A stretch of 32,031 nt of DNA from Bacillota bacterium (GTDB lineage: Bacteria > Bacillota > UBA4882 > UBA8346), in NCBI GenBank assembly GCA_023435565.1, contig JAEYRN010000089.1, forward strand, positions 1-32,031. The letters are read 5' to 3'. Positions 17,986 through 26,880 of the stretch are shown here, piece by piece. The number at the start of each line of letters is the position of its first letter. The first letter of the stretch is position 1. The notes under the pieces are model-generated. The model ran no database searches and was not told the origin of the DNA. It was given only the letters and a program-made list of their open reading frames with translations. The position numbers and the translations under genes are program-made.

Positions 17986-18026
17986 TTCCTGAAAAAAGTA
18001 AATTAGTTATTTAAGATAAAATAAGA

Positions 18027-18060
18027 AAAGACCCCGATTTATTACCGGGGTCTTTGGTTT
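18027..18060. terminator. Bidirectional rho-independent terminator between phoU (+) and csp (-).
   Basis: The stems AAAGACCCCG and CGGGGTCTTT flank a 9-nt loop. The hairpin has an A-tract on one side and a T-rich run on the other. Confidence 0.7.
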
Positions 18061-18070
18061 GATTCGAAAT

Positions 18071-18268
18071 CTATGCTTTCGTAACGTTCGCGGCTTGCGG
18101 GCCCCGATCGCCTTTAACAATATCGAATTCAACCATTTGACCTTCTTCTAAGGTCTTGTAACCATCCATCTGGATAGCAGAAAAGTGAACGAATACATCG
18201 TCGCCGCCTTCTCTTTCAATGAAGCCAAAACCTTTGTCCGAATTGAACCACTTAACCTTACCTTGCAT
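18071..18268 (-). CDS. cspA: Cold-shock protein (CspA family).
   Basis: The product is [50 protein letters not shown], with RNP1/RNP2 motifs. It is 65 aa. A perfect GGAGGA RBS lies 7 nt before the ATG. The track's longer ORF is an artefactual upstream extension. Confidence 0.9.
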   Translation of the reverse strand: MQGKVKWFNSDKGFGFIEREGGDDVFVHFSAIQMDGYKTLEEGQMVEFDIVKGDRGPQAANVTKA

Positions 18269-18443
18269 ATGTATTCCTCCTAACAAAATCGGTGACCGCA
18301 TGTTTATTAACGATCACATGAAATGAATTATAGCATAGTATTTCAGATCCGTCAAATCAAAAAATATAGTTAACCTAGCATTTTTTACCGAACTGGTAAC
18401 TAACCAAATTTTAAACTTTCAGTTGTGAACGGGGAACAGGGAA

Positions 18444-18890
18444 CTAGTATAAATTCTTTTCCTGAAGTAACTTTACCAGATTGGCTTCAAATATTTGATC
18501 GTCATCCTTACTGTGCTTGGAAGGCCCTTTAGTCCGTCCGCCTGAATTTCGAAATTTTGCTAGTAGGTTACGTTCTTCCAATAAAAGGTCAATTTGATCC
18601 GATGAGTAAATTCGCCCCCGGGGAGAAATAGCATGGGCTTTTTTACCCAAAATCAAAGCTGCCAATCCCCAATCTTGGGTTATAACTATGTCGCCGGCTT
18701 GGGTCAGGTTGGCTATAGCAATATCGGTGGCTTGAGATTCATCCCCGACAACCAGATGATTTTCATTTAAAATTCGGTGATTGAAGGAAGCCACTGTGAT
18801 TAACTTAAAATTAAACTGTTCGGCTAGTTTTTGGGCTATTTGCAAGCAGTTTTTAGGGCAAGCGTCGGCGTCGACTATTATTCGTGGAAT
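18444..18890 (-). CDS. YaiI/YqgE-like UPF0178 (DUF188) protein. The 5' end is unresolved because no canonical start precedes the conserved N-terminus.
   Basis: Family similarity covers GDIVITQDWGLAALILGKKAHAISPRGRIYSSDQIDLLLEERN and GGRTKGPSKHSKDDDQ. The in-frame upstream translation reads PRIIVDADACPKNC. This matches the conserved (I/V)xVDADACP N-terminus of YaiI. It lies 5' of the only in-frame start candidate (TTG 18845). Up to the stop at 18912 there are only ATT/ATA codons. Confidence 0.55.
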   Translation of the reverse strand: MPRIIVDADACPKNCLQIAQKLAEQFNFKLITVASFNHRILNENHLVVGDESQATDIAIANLTQAGDIVITQDWGLAALILGKKAHAISPRGRIYSSDQIDLLLEERNLLAKFRNSGGRTKGPSKHSKDDDQIFEANLVKLLQEKNLY

Positions 18891-18996
18891 AGGGCAACAA
18901 TCCTTTCTAATTCAATGTAGTAATTGTGCCATCGGCCTTAATACTTACATATCATAGTAATATCAAAGTCCGAAATTGAGACAAGGAAGGTGGCAA

Positions 18997-19743
18997 ATGA
19001 TTAATAATCCGACCCCCCCGGAGTGCCGGGGAACTCTTTATACGATTCAACCCGGTGATACTTTTTTCAATATCGCCAGACGCTATAATATTACTGTTCA
19101 AAGTTTGATTAATGCTAATCCGCAAATCCCCGACCCGTCAAGAATAGTACCTGGTCAAGTTATCTGTATCCCCGTTCAACCGGTACCCGGTTGTCCCGGT
19201 CAGATTTATACGGTCCGTTCCGGAGATACTTTAGGCGCTATTGCCCAACGGTTCGGCGTAACAGTCCAGCAAATACTGGCTGTTAATCCCCAAATCACCA
19301 ATCCCAATGTGATCGTGGTGGGGCAACAGATTTGCATTCCCTTACCACCGACGCCCGTACGTGATTGCGCAATTGTCTTAAGCCTTTCCGGGGCTGCAGT
19401 GCCCGCTTTGCCTGCTATTGCCGGAGGAGTGGTGTTAATCCAACGAACCGATGAAGGGAATTATGCCCTTACTTTCGCGGCTACCGGATTGCCTTCTCCG
19501 GAGACTATCGGAAATTTCAATGCTTATCTTGGGACCATAAATATTAACGGGCAACAATACTCTGCAATTTTGAGCGTTTCCGCTCCTTTCGAACAAGAGC
19601 CGACTTGGGCCGGTACGCGGGTGATTCCGGTTAATCCCTTTATGGCTACTGATGGCGCGGTGACGATAGTTCCGTTTAATATTGAGACCGGTGTCAGGAC
19701 CAATCCGGTTCTAGGCGGTTTAGTCGCAAATTGTAGGAGTTAG
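18997..19743 (+). CDS. Protein with two N-terminal LysM domains plus a C-terminal domain of unknown function (spore/cell-wall associated type).
   Basis: There are two LysM repeats: YTIQPGDTFFNIARRYNITVQSLINANP...ICIP and YTVRSGDTLGAIAQRFGVTVQQILAVNP...ICIP. The RBS is AGGAAGGTGG before ATG 18997. Confidence 0.75.
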   Translation: MINNPTPPECRGTLYTIQPGDTFFNIARRYNITVQSLINANPQIPDPSRIVPGQVICIPVQPVPGCPGQIYTVRSGDTLGAIAQRFGVTVQQILAVNPQITNPNVIVVGQQICIPLPPTPVRDCAIVLSLSGAAVPALPAIAGGVVLIQRTDEGNYALTFAATGLPSPETIGNFNAYLGTININGQQYSAILSVSAPFEQEPTWAGTRVIPVNPFMATDGAVTIVPFNIETGVRTNPVLGGLVANCRS

Positions 19744-19748
19744 TTGTT

Positions 19749-21938
19749 TTAAATATTTAGTCCTAGTGCTGCTTGTTTTTCTTGACGATCCTCATCCTTC
19801 AAATAGCAGCCGATAGCCGGAATGTTTTTGGTCCGATAATATTCCAAATCAACAAACTTTACTTCATCGACTTCCTTGAGGGCGGCCATCCGGCTGCCTT
19901 TTTTGGCGGATAAAACCTGTACGCCTTGGGAGTCGCGGGTAGTTTTTGGATTGATGTTTACCGTATTAAAGATTAGAACTTTATTAATACTGCTAAAGGC
20001 TACAAATTCACGATCTCTTTCCAAATAAATCATTCGAACCAGTTTGGATAGGTCTGAATAGGCATTAGCCAGTTTACGCCGGTTGGTCTTGGTAGCATAA
20101 CCGGCCAGATCGACTTTGGCTATTTTACCGTTTTCAAAAGCAAAGAGCAAATGTCCTTGATAATCGTCGGTTGCCACTAAGTAGATGATCTTTTCATCCG
20201 GCTCCAATTCAAGAAGGTTGGTTAGGTATTCCCCTAAACTGCTGGCCTTGCAATCGTTAATGTCATATATTTTTAGTTTATAAACTGTGTGTTTATCGGA
20301 GAAAAGCAACAGGTCGGATTTGTTATGGGTCTCTACCTCTTGAATAATGCTGTCGTCTTCTTTTAATTTATGTTCCGGATTGGCCCGCAGAGAGACTAAA
20401 GGAACTTTTTTAAGGTAATTTTGTTCGGTAAGGAAAAGTTTTAGATTATAATCCTCAATCAAATGTTCCGTTGTAATCTCTTCAATATGGTCGATATGAA
20501 TCAGCTCGGTCCTTCTTGGTTGACCGAATCGTTTGGAGACATCACTCAATTCTTTAATGATTACCTGTTTGATCTTTGCTTCGCTTTGGTACAGTTCTTT
20601 TAGATCGGCGATTTCCCGTTGCAGGTTTTCCACTTCGGCGACCCGGTTTAAAATATATTCTTTATTAAGATTTCTCAGTTTAATTTCAGCAATATATTCC
20701 GCTTGTTCTTGGTCGATCTCGAACCCCTGCATTAAGTTGGGAATGACCTGTTTATCCTGTTCGGTATCACGTACGATTTTAATGGCTTTGTCGATATCAA
20801 GCAGAATTTTCTTTAAGCCCAGTAATAAATGGAGTTTCTTTGTTTTCTGGTCAATATCGTATTGGGTCTGGCGTTTGATGCAGTTAACCCGGAAGATTAG
20901 CCATTCTTGGAGGATTTCCCTGACTCCCATTACCCGGGGTCGGCCATTGATTAAAATATTAAAATTACAACTGAAACTGTCTTCAAGGGAGGTGAATTTA
21001 TAAAGCCGGTTCATCAAAGCTTCAGGATCGGCGTTTTTGCGTATATCCAGGGTAATTTTTAAACCATCCAGATCGGTTTCATCTCGGACATCGGTAATAT
21101 CTTTCACTTTACCGGATTTAATCAACTCAATAATAGAGTCGATAATCGCCTCGATGGTAGTTGTATAAGGGATCTCGTAAATTTCAATACAACTGTTCTT
21201 TGGGTCATACTTATATTTGGCCCGGACTTTGAAACTACCCCGGCCGAAGTTATAAATATCTTGGATTTCTTTTTGATTATAGATTAGCTGTCCACCGGTA
21301 GAAAAGTCAGGGGCTTTCAACGTTTGGATCAGGTCGGAGTCTTGGTTTTGAATCAGCTGAATAGTAGTCTCACAGACCTCTTTGAGATTAAAGCTACAAA
21401 GGTTACTGGCCATTCCGACAGCAATACCCTGGTTGGAATTGACCAGAATGTTTGGGAAGGTAGTCGGAAGGAGGGTGGGCTCTTTCATGGTCCCGTCATA
21501 GTTGTCGCTAAAATCCACAGTATTCTTATCCAGATTATTGAAAATTTCTTCACAGATCTTGTCCAACTTGACTTCAGTATAACGGGGAGCTGCAAATTGC
21601 ATATCTTTGGAATACTGTTTTCCAAAGTTTCCTTTGGAATCGATGAATGGGTGCAGTAAGGCGTTGTTACCCCGGGTGAGGCGAACCAAGGTTTCATAAA
21701 TTGCCATATCGCCATGGGGGTTTAATTTCATTGTTTGACCGACCACGTTGGCGGATTTGGTTCTGGGACCGGTAAGGAGGCCCATTTTATACATGGTATA
21801 GAGTAATTTGCGATGGGAAGGTTTAAAGCCGTCGATCTCGGGAATTGCCCGAGAAACTATTACACTCATGGCGTATGGCATATAGTTTTGTTCCAGGGTA
21901 TCGATAATCTTTTGGGGTATGGAATTAGGGACCGACAT
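19749..21938 (-). CDS. parC: Type IIA DNA topoisomerase subunit A (ParC-like; topo IV-type paralog with no GyrA box).
   Basis: It has YAMSVIVSRAIPEIDGFKPSHRKLLY and the catalytic Tyr motif AAPRYTEVKL, plus NPHGD. The protein is 729 aa. I see no QRRGGKG-like GyrA box in the C-terminal domain. The RBS is AAGGAGGA. Confidence 0.8.
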   Translation of the reverse strand: MSVPNSIPQKIIDTLEQNYMPYAMSVIVSRAIPEIDGFKPSHRKLLYTMYKMGLLTGPRTKSANVVGQTMKLNPHGDMAIYETLVRLTRGNNALLHPFIDSKGNFGKQYSKDMQFAAPRYTEVKLDKICEEIFNNLDKNTVDFSDNYDGTMKEPTLLPTTFPNILVNSNQGIAVGMASNLCSFNLKEVCETTIQLIQNQDSDLIQTLKAPDFSTGGQLIYNQKEIQDIYNFGRGSFKVRAKYKYDPKNSCIEIYEIPYTTTIEAIIDSIIELIKSGKVKDITDVRDETDLDGLKITLDIRKNADPEALMNRLYKFTSLEDSFSCNFNILINGRPRVMGVREILQEWLIFRVNCIKRQTQYDIDQKTKKLHLLLGLKKILLDIDKAIKIVRDTEQDKQVIPNLMQGFEIDQEQAEYIAEIKLRNLNKEYILNRVAEVENLQREIADLKELYQSEAKIKQVIIKELSDVSKRFGQPRRTELIHIDHIEEITTEHLIEDYNLKLFLTEQNYLKKVPLVSLRANPEHKLKEDDSIIQEVETHNKSDLLLFSDKHTVYKLKIYDINDCKASSLGEYLTNLLELEPDEKIIYLVATDDYQGHLLFAFENGKIAKVDLAGYATKTNRRKLANAYSDLSKLVRMIYLERDREFVAFSSINKVLIFNTVNINPKTTRDSQGVQVLSAKKGSRMAALKEVDEVKFVDLEYYRTKNIPAIGCYLKDEDRQEKQAALGLNI

Positions 21939-21993
21939 TCCGGTAATCCTCCTTGGTGTGTTTGGGACATTTATTGTGATTTGGGGTTAATTA

Positions 21994-22013
21994 TTTGGGT
22001 CAAGGGCGATTTT
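21994..22013 (-). other. Stem-loop between the B and A subunit genes.
   Basis: GGGCGATT tttt AATCGCCC, with an 8-bp stem, sits in the 107-nt spacer. It has no clear U-tract on either strand. Confidence 0.35.
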
Positions 22014-22045
22014 TTAATCGCCCCTACATTTTCCTGACTAATGTT

Positions 22046-24025
22046 TTAACTTACATCCAACAATTCCAAATACTTGGAGCCGTTTTCTTCGATGAATTCT
22101 TTTCGTCCTTGCAAGTTATCGCCTAAGAGTAAGTTAAAGTAATAGTCGGTCTTCTCCAGATCATCGGGGAGTACCTGTACCAGTTTACGGGTGGCCGGAT
22201 TCATGGTGGTTTGCCACATCATTTCCGGTTCATTTTCTCCCAATCCTTTGGACCGTTGAATAGTATGTTTACCAATATTCTTCGCTATAATTTCATTTTT
22301 TTCCTTGTCGGAATAGGCGAAATAAGTCTTATCCTTAGTAGTGATCTCATAGAGGGGCGTTTCGGCAATATGGACTTTTCCGACAGAAATCAAGGTAGGA
22401 ACCAATCGGTAAAGCATTGCTAAAATAAGGGTACGGATTTGGAATCCGTCGACATCGGCGTCGGTGCAGATGATGATTTTATTCCAACGCAAATTGTTGA
22501 TGTCGAAGGTATTCAGATCCTTGTTATGTTTTGATTGAATCTCCACACCGCAGCCAAGGACCTTAAGGAGATCCACAATAATATCGTTTTTAAAAATACT
22601 GTCGTATTCAGCTTTTAAACAGTTGAGAATCTTACCCCGGACCGGCATGATGGCTTGAAATTCGGCATCACGCCCCATTTTGCAGGAACCAAGGGCTGAG
22701 TCTCCTTCCACGATATATAGTTCACGCTTGTTTACGTCCTTGATTCGACAATCAACAAATTTTTTGACCCGATTTGAGATATCAATATTACCGCTAAGTT
22801 TTTTCTTAATATTGACCCTGGTTCGTTCGGCAGTTTCGCGGCTCCGTTTATTGACTAAGACTTGTTCGAGAATTTTTTCACTCTCAATTTTATTTTCAAT
22901 AAAGTATATCTCCAGCTGTTCCTTGAGAAAATCAGTCATCGCTTCTTGAATGAATTTATTGGTAATCGATTTTTTGGTTTGATTTTCATAACTAGTCTCA
23001 GTGGAGAAGGAATTGACAACTAGGATTAGACTATCTTCAATATCGGCAAAGGTTATTTTAGCTTCGTCTTTATTATATTTATTCCGGTTTTTAAGGGCTT
23101 TATCTATTTCATAAACGAAAGCGGCCTTGACTGCTTTATCGGGAGCGCCGCCATGTTCCAGGAAACTAGAGTTGTGATAATACTCTAAAAGATTGGTTTC
23201 GTTGTTGAAACAGAAGGCAATCTGCATTTTAACGCGATACTCGGGCTTGTCCTCCCGGTCCCTGCCCTTTGTGGCTGTTTCATAGTACCGGATCTCAGTA
23301 AATCCTTTTTCTTGATTTATTTCTTTGAGATAATCCTGAATGCCGTTTTGGTAGAGATATTCGAAATTTTGACCGCTTGCTTCGTCATAAAGCTTAAAAG
23401 TAAGGCCGGCGTTTACCACGGCTTGTTTTTTTAAAGTAGTTTGAAAATAATCGAGAGGGATTTTAATATCGGTAAATACGGTCAGATCCGGACGCCAGGT
23501 AATTATGGTCCCGGTATGTTCGTATTTGAATTTTTCTTTTTTCAAACCACCGATATTCTGGCCTTTTTCAAAATGCAGGTCGAAACGGCAACCGTCACGG
23601 TAAACCGTTACGTCCATATATTCGGAACTGTATTGGGTAGCGCAACTACCGAGACCGTTAAGCCCCAGACTAAATTCGTAGTTTTGGCCGGTATTATTTT
23701 TATATTTACCGCCGGCATAAAGCTCACAAAAGACCAGTTCCCAGTTGAAACGGTTTTCCTTACTGTTGAAATCCAGCGGAATACCCCGGCCGTAGTCTTT
23801 GACAGTGATCGAATGGTCGCTATGGCGGATAACTTCAATTAGATTACCAAAGCCTTCACGGGCTTCATCAATTGAGTTGGATAAAATCTCAAAGAAAGAA
23901 TGTTGGCAACCTTCGAGGCCATCGGAACCAAAGATGACGCCCGGCCGGAGCCGGACCCGATCAGCGCCTTTAAGGGCGCTAATACTATGATTACCGTAAG
24001 ATTCATTTTTAGGGGACTTTGCCAT
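22046..24025 (-). CDS. parE: Type IIA DNA topoisomerase subunit B (ParE/GyrB family).
   Basis: It carries N-terminal ATPase motifs (ILSNSIDEA, DYGRGIP, ELYAGGKY), the Toprim EGDSA motif, PVRGKILN and ICTDADVDGFQIRTL. The preferred start is ATG 24025 (MAKSPKNE...) with an AAAGGA RBS. The track's longer ORF is an upstream extension. Confidence 0.85.
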   Translation of the reverse strand: MAKSPKNESYGNHSISALKGADRVRLRPGVIFGSDGLEGCQHSFFEILSNSIDEAREGFGNLIEVIRHSDHSITVKDYGRGIPLDFNSKENRFNWELVFCELYAGGKYKNNTGQNYEFSLGLNGLGSCATQYSSEYMDVTVYRDGCRFDLHFEKGQNIGGLKKEKFKYEHTGTIITWRPDLTVFTDIKIPLDYFQTTLKKQAVVNAGLTFKLYDEASGQNFEYLYQNGIQDYLKEINQEKGFTEIRYYETATKGRDREDKPEYRVKMQIAFCFNNETNLLEYYHNSSFLEHGGAPDKAVKAAFVYEIDKALKNRNKYNKDEAKITFADIEDSLILVVNSFSTETSYENQTKKSITNKFIQEAMTDFLKEQLEIYFIENKIESEKILEQVLVNKRSRETAERTRVNIKKKLSGNIDISNRVKKFVDCRIKDVNKRELYIVEGDSALGSCKMGRDAEFQAIMPVRGKILNCLKAEYDSIFKNDIIVDLLKVLGCGVEIQSKHNKDLNTFDINNLRWNKIIICTDADVDGFQIRTLILAMLYRLVPTLISVGKVHIAETPLYEITTKDKTYFAYSDKEKNEIIAKNIGKHTIQRSKGLGENEPEMMWQTTMNPATRKLVQVLPDDLEKTDYYFNLLLGDNLQGRKEFIEENGSKYLELLDVS

Positions 24026-24084
24026 GGCGAAACCGTCCTTTAAAAATAAGTAATTTATTATGATGATACCATATTCGTTATTAC

Positions 24085-24111
24085 AGTATAACAAACGGAT
24101 GTTCGTGTCAA
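24085..24111 (-). promoter_or_regulatory. Candidate SigA promoter of the topoisomerase operon.
   Basis: The minus strand has TTGACA (plus 24106-24111), a 15-nt spacer and TATACT (plus 24085-24090). The spacer is short, so this is tentative. Confidence 0.3.
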
Positions 24112-24159
24112 GGGGGTTTATTTTTGACTAACTAATAATAAACTTTCGTTCCAGACGCC

Positions 24160-24306
24160 AAAAAATCATAGACTACCGCGTAGGAATCATAAACCACCAA
24201 CAAAAAATCATAGACTACTGCGTAGGAATCGTAGACCACCAACAAAAAATCGTAGACTACTGCGTAGGAATCGTAGACCACCACCAAAAAATCGTAGAAA
24301 ACCACG
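24160..24306. repeat. Seven head-to-tail 21-bp repeats (alternating A-type and B-type units, so a 42-bp super-period) with an ATCGTAGAC core.
   Basis: R1 is aaaaaatcatagactaccgcg. R2 is taggaatcataaaccaccaac. R3 is aaaaaatcatagactactgcg. R4 is taggaatcgtagaccaccaac. R5 is aaaaaatcgtagactactgcg. R6 is taggaatcgtagaccaccacc. R7 is aaaaaatcgtagaaaaccacg. They are contiguous with no spacers. AATCGTAGAC recurs exactly every 21 bp. Confidence 0.9.
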
Positions 24307-24516
24307 TACTAATTTAAGAAACTTAACCAAAAATCCCTTTGCTTAAGCTTATAACAAAAGGGGATGAGTATTGAAGGAGTATCCGTAAGATTTTTACAGA
24401 GGATTTATGTTTAGATATAACGAACGTTTAATATATAAAGCCCGCATCCAAAAACTGATTGCATCATATATCAATAACTTTATTGAAAAAGAATCTGAAA
24501 CCAAGGAGAACGATAA

Positions 24517-25380
24517 ATGCAAATTGTGACAGACAGCTCGGCTGATTTAACCCCGGAACAGAAAGAAGGACTGGAAATCCATTATATCCCCCTGACCTTT
24601 ACTTTGGATGGTAAAACCTACCGTTGTGGAGAGGACATTCAGCCGGAAGAATTTTATCGGTTGTTGGAGTCAACTAAAAGCTTCCCCAATACTTCTCAGC
24701 CTTCAGCCGGGGAATTTGCCGAACTTTATCGTAAGTTGGCCGCGGATGATCCTGAAATACTTTCTTTTCATATTTCTTCGGGATTGAGCGGAACGATCAA
24801 TTCCGCCCGGATTGGCGCGGAGACGGTCCCGGAAGCCAAGGTTACTTTGATTGATACTAAAACCTTATCCGGCGCTCAAGGGTGGCAAATTGAAGCAGCT
24901 GCAAAAGCCATTAAGGCCGGCTGGTCTAAAGAAAAAATTTTAGAATTGGTAAAGCAGATAAGCGATGCCACTGAAACTCTTTTTACTTTGCCTTCATTAA
25001 AGTATCTAATCCATGGAGGACGGATTAATCATTTAAAAGGCTTACTGGCTTCGCTTTTAAATATCTTGCCGGTGATCGGGGTGGAAAAAGTAGGCGGGAC
25101 TTATGTCCAACGCGGCAAGGTCCGGACAATGACAACGGCAATTAGCAAAATAGTGGAACTGGTTTTGGAGAAACACCCGCCTGGAAGCCTACTACGTTTA
25201 CAAATCCTTCACGGTAACAATCCGGATGGAGTCAAGTTTTTAAAGCAGAAGTTGGAAGAAGTTTTTAAATGCAACTGGCTGCCGACGAGCTTAATTGCAC
25301 CGGTATTGGGCGCGCATACCGGTCCCGGATTAGTGGGACTGATTTTTGCGCCCGAATCCGCATTTCCGGCAATGGCTTAA
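24517..25380 (+). CDS. DegV family fatty-acid-binding protein.
   Basis: The product is MQIVTDSSADLTPEQKEGLEIHYIPLTFTLDGKTY..., a typical DegV/DUF194. The RBS is AAGGAGAA. Confidence 0.9.
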   Translation: MQIVTDSSADLTPEQKEGLEIHYIPLTFTLDGKTYRCGEDIQPEEFYRLLESTKSFPNTSQPSAGEFAELYRKLAADDPEILSFHISSGLSGTINSARIGAETVPEAKVTLIDTKTLSGAQGWQIEAAAKAIKAGWSKEKILELVKQISDATETLFTLPSLKYLIHGGRINHLKGLLASLLNILPVIGVEKVGGTYVQRGKVRTMTTAISKIVELVLEKHPPGSLLRLQILHGNNPDGVKFLKQKLEEVFKCNWLPTSLIAPVLGAHTGPGLVGLIFAPESAFPAMA

Positions 25381-25385
25381 CTAAT

Positions 25386-25419
25386 AAAGAAATATAATAA
25401 CATAAAATAATATTTCTTT
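25386..25419. terminator. AT-rich hairpin that is a possible bidirectional terminator between degV and the flotillin gene.
   Basis: AAAGAAATAT and ATATTTCTTT flank a 14-nt loop, with T/A tracts on both sides. The stem is weak (all A/T). Confidence 0.4.
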
Positions 25420-26844
25420 TTATTTTTGTTCACTATCAATTCCATCATCAGGAGTATCTTCTTCTGTAGCAGCCAGCTCTTGTTTGATTTTTTCTCCTAA
25501 ATAACTAGGCAATTGCATTCCGGCTGTTCTGAACAATTCATCCAACGGAGGGATTGACTTGAACATTCCGGCCAAGAAATTAGCGGTAGTAGGGGAACCA
25601 TTGCCGCCCATTCCATCCCAAACGGTAATTTTATCGATTTTAAGATTTTTTATTGCTTCAACTTGTGTTTTAACAATCTCCGGTAGCTTGTCCGCGATCA
25701 TTAACATTGCCGCTTTCTGAGCATCGCCACCGGCGGCGTCCACGATTTTTCGGAAACCATCCGCTTGTTTGCTGAGGATTTCATTAATACCCTTGGCACG
25801 GGCTTCCATTTCAAAAAGAATACCGTCGGCCTCACCTTTGGTAACCCGGCGAGTTTTTTCGGCTTCGGCTTCGGCGGCAATTTGTACTTGTTGTTTATCA
25901 ATTTCAGCCGGAATAATTATATCAGCAGTACGGGTAGCCCGCTCTCTTTCCGAACGGACTAATTCAGCTTCTTGTTCCGCCTGATACGCTTCTTCAAGAG
26001 CTTTCGCAGATTGAACTTTCTCAGCGGCTGTTGCTTTGCGGGTTGCTTCGGCCTCTTTTTCACGCCGGTCGGCATCGGAATTGGCAATCACAATTTTGGC
26101 AAGGTTTTCTCCTTCAACTGCTTTAGCATTGGCTTCCGAAACCTGAATCCTTTCATCACGTTTAGCATTGGCTTCACCGATTGAACCGTCCCGGTCTTTT
26201 TCCGCAACACTTTTTTTAGCGTCGTTGATAGCTTTGGCTGCTGCTTCCTTACCTAAGGCTTCGATGTAACCGGATTCATCTTTTATATCGGTAACGTTAA
26301 CGTTGATTAGTTTTAAGCCGATTTTTTTCAATTCGGCTTCTACGTTATTAGAAACATTGGCTAGGAATTTATCCCGGTCGGAATTGATTTCTTCAATATC
26401 CATCGTTGCGATTACCAAACGAAGCTGGCCGAAGATAATATCTTTGGCCAGATCTTGGATTACTTCCAATTTCAGACCCAGTAATCGCTCGGCGGCATTA
26501 GTCATAACTCCTTGTTCGGTGGAGATACCAACTGTAAAACGAGAGGGGACATCGACCCGGATATTTTGTTTACTAAGTGCCTTAGTTAGATTGACCTCAA
26601 TCGAGAAGGGGGTAAGATCTAGATACTGATAGTCCTGAATTACCGGCCAAATAAATGCGGCTCCTCCGTGAATGCACGTGGCCGTGCGGGTGGTTCCGTC
26701 CTTTGATTTGCCGGTTCTGCCGTAAACTACTAAAATTTTATCGGAGGGACAGCGTTTGTAACGTTTTAATATAGATGAGAATGTTACAAAAAAGACGATT
26801 ACAACCACTACTATAAGGATTAGGAGATATTGACTTTCATACAT
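25420..26844 (-). CDS. floT: Flotillin-like SPFH/band-7 protein (FloT/YuaG family).
   Basis: It has an N-terminal TM segment, an SPFH domain (ILVVYGRTG...FIWPVIQDYQYLDLTPFSIEV) and a long Ala/Glu-rich coiled coil. The RBS is GGGAGG. Confidence 0.85.
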   Translation of the reverse strand: MYESQYLLILIVVVVIVFFVTFSSILKRYKRCPSDKILVVYGRTGKSKDGTTRTATCIHGGAAFIWPVIQDYQYLDLTPFSIEVNLTKALSKQNIRVDVPSRFTVGISTEQGVMTNAAERLLGLKLEVIQDLAKDIIFGQLRLVIATMDIEEINSDRDKFLANVSNNVEAELKKIGLKLINVNVTDIKDESGYIEALGKEAAAKAINDAKKSVAEKDRDGSIGEANAKRDERIQVSEANAKAVEGENLAKIVIANSDADRREKEAEATRKATAAEKVQSAKALEEAYQAEQEAELVRSERERATRTADIIIPAEIDKQQVQIAAEAEAEKTRRVTKGEADGILFEMEARAKGINEILSKQADGFRKIVDAAGGDAQKAAMLMIADKLPEIVKTQVEAIKNLKIDKITVWDGMGGNGSPTTANFLAGMFKSIPPLDELFRTAGMQLPSYLGEKIKQELAATEEDTPDDGIDSEQK

Positions 26845-26880
26845 TGGATAACCTCCCTTAAATAAGGATTTACTATACTA

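Noticed and set aside
24160-24306. I considered the tandem repeat array as a CRISPR array.
   Set aside because: The 21-bp units are directly contiguous with no unique spacers. There are no cas genes and the repeats are not palindromic in the CRISPR sense. It is a simple phased tandem repeat.
24408-24533. A 41-codon small ORF (MFRYNERLIYKARIQKLIASYINNFIEKESETKENDKCKL) overlapping the degV start.
   Set aside because: Its SD (GAGGA) is only 3 nt from the ATG. There is no conservation evidence. It is likely a chance AT-rich frame in the degV leader.
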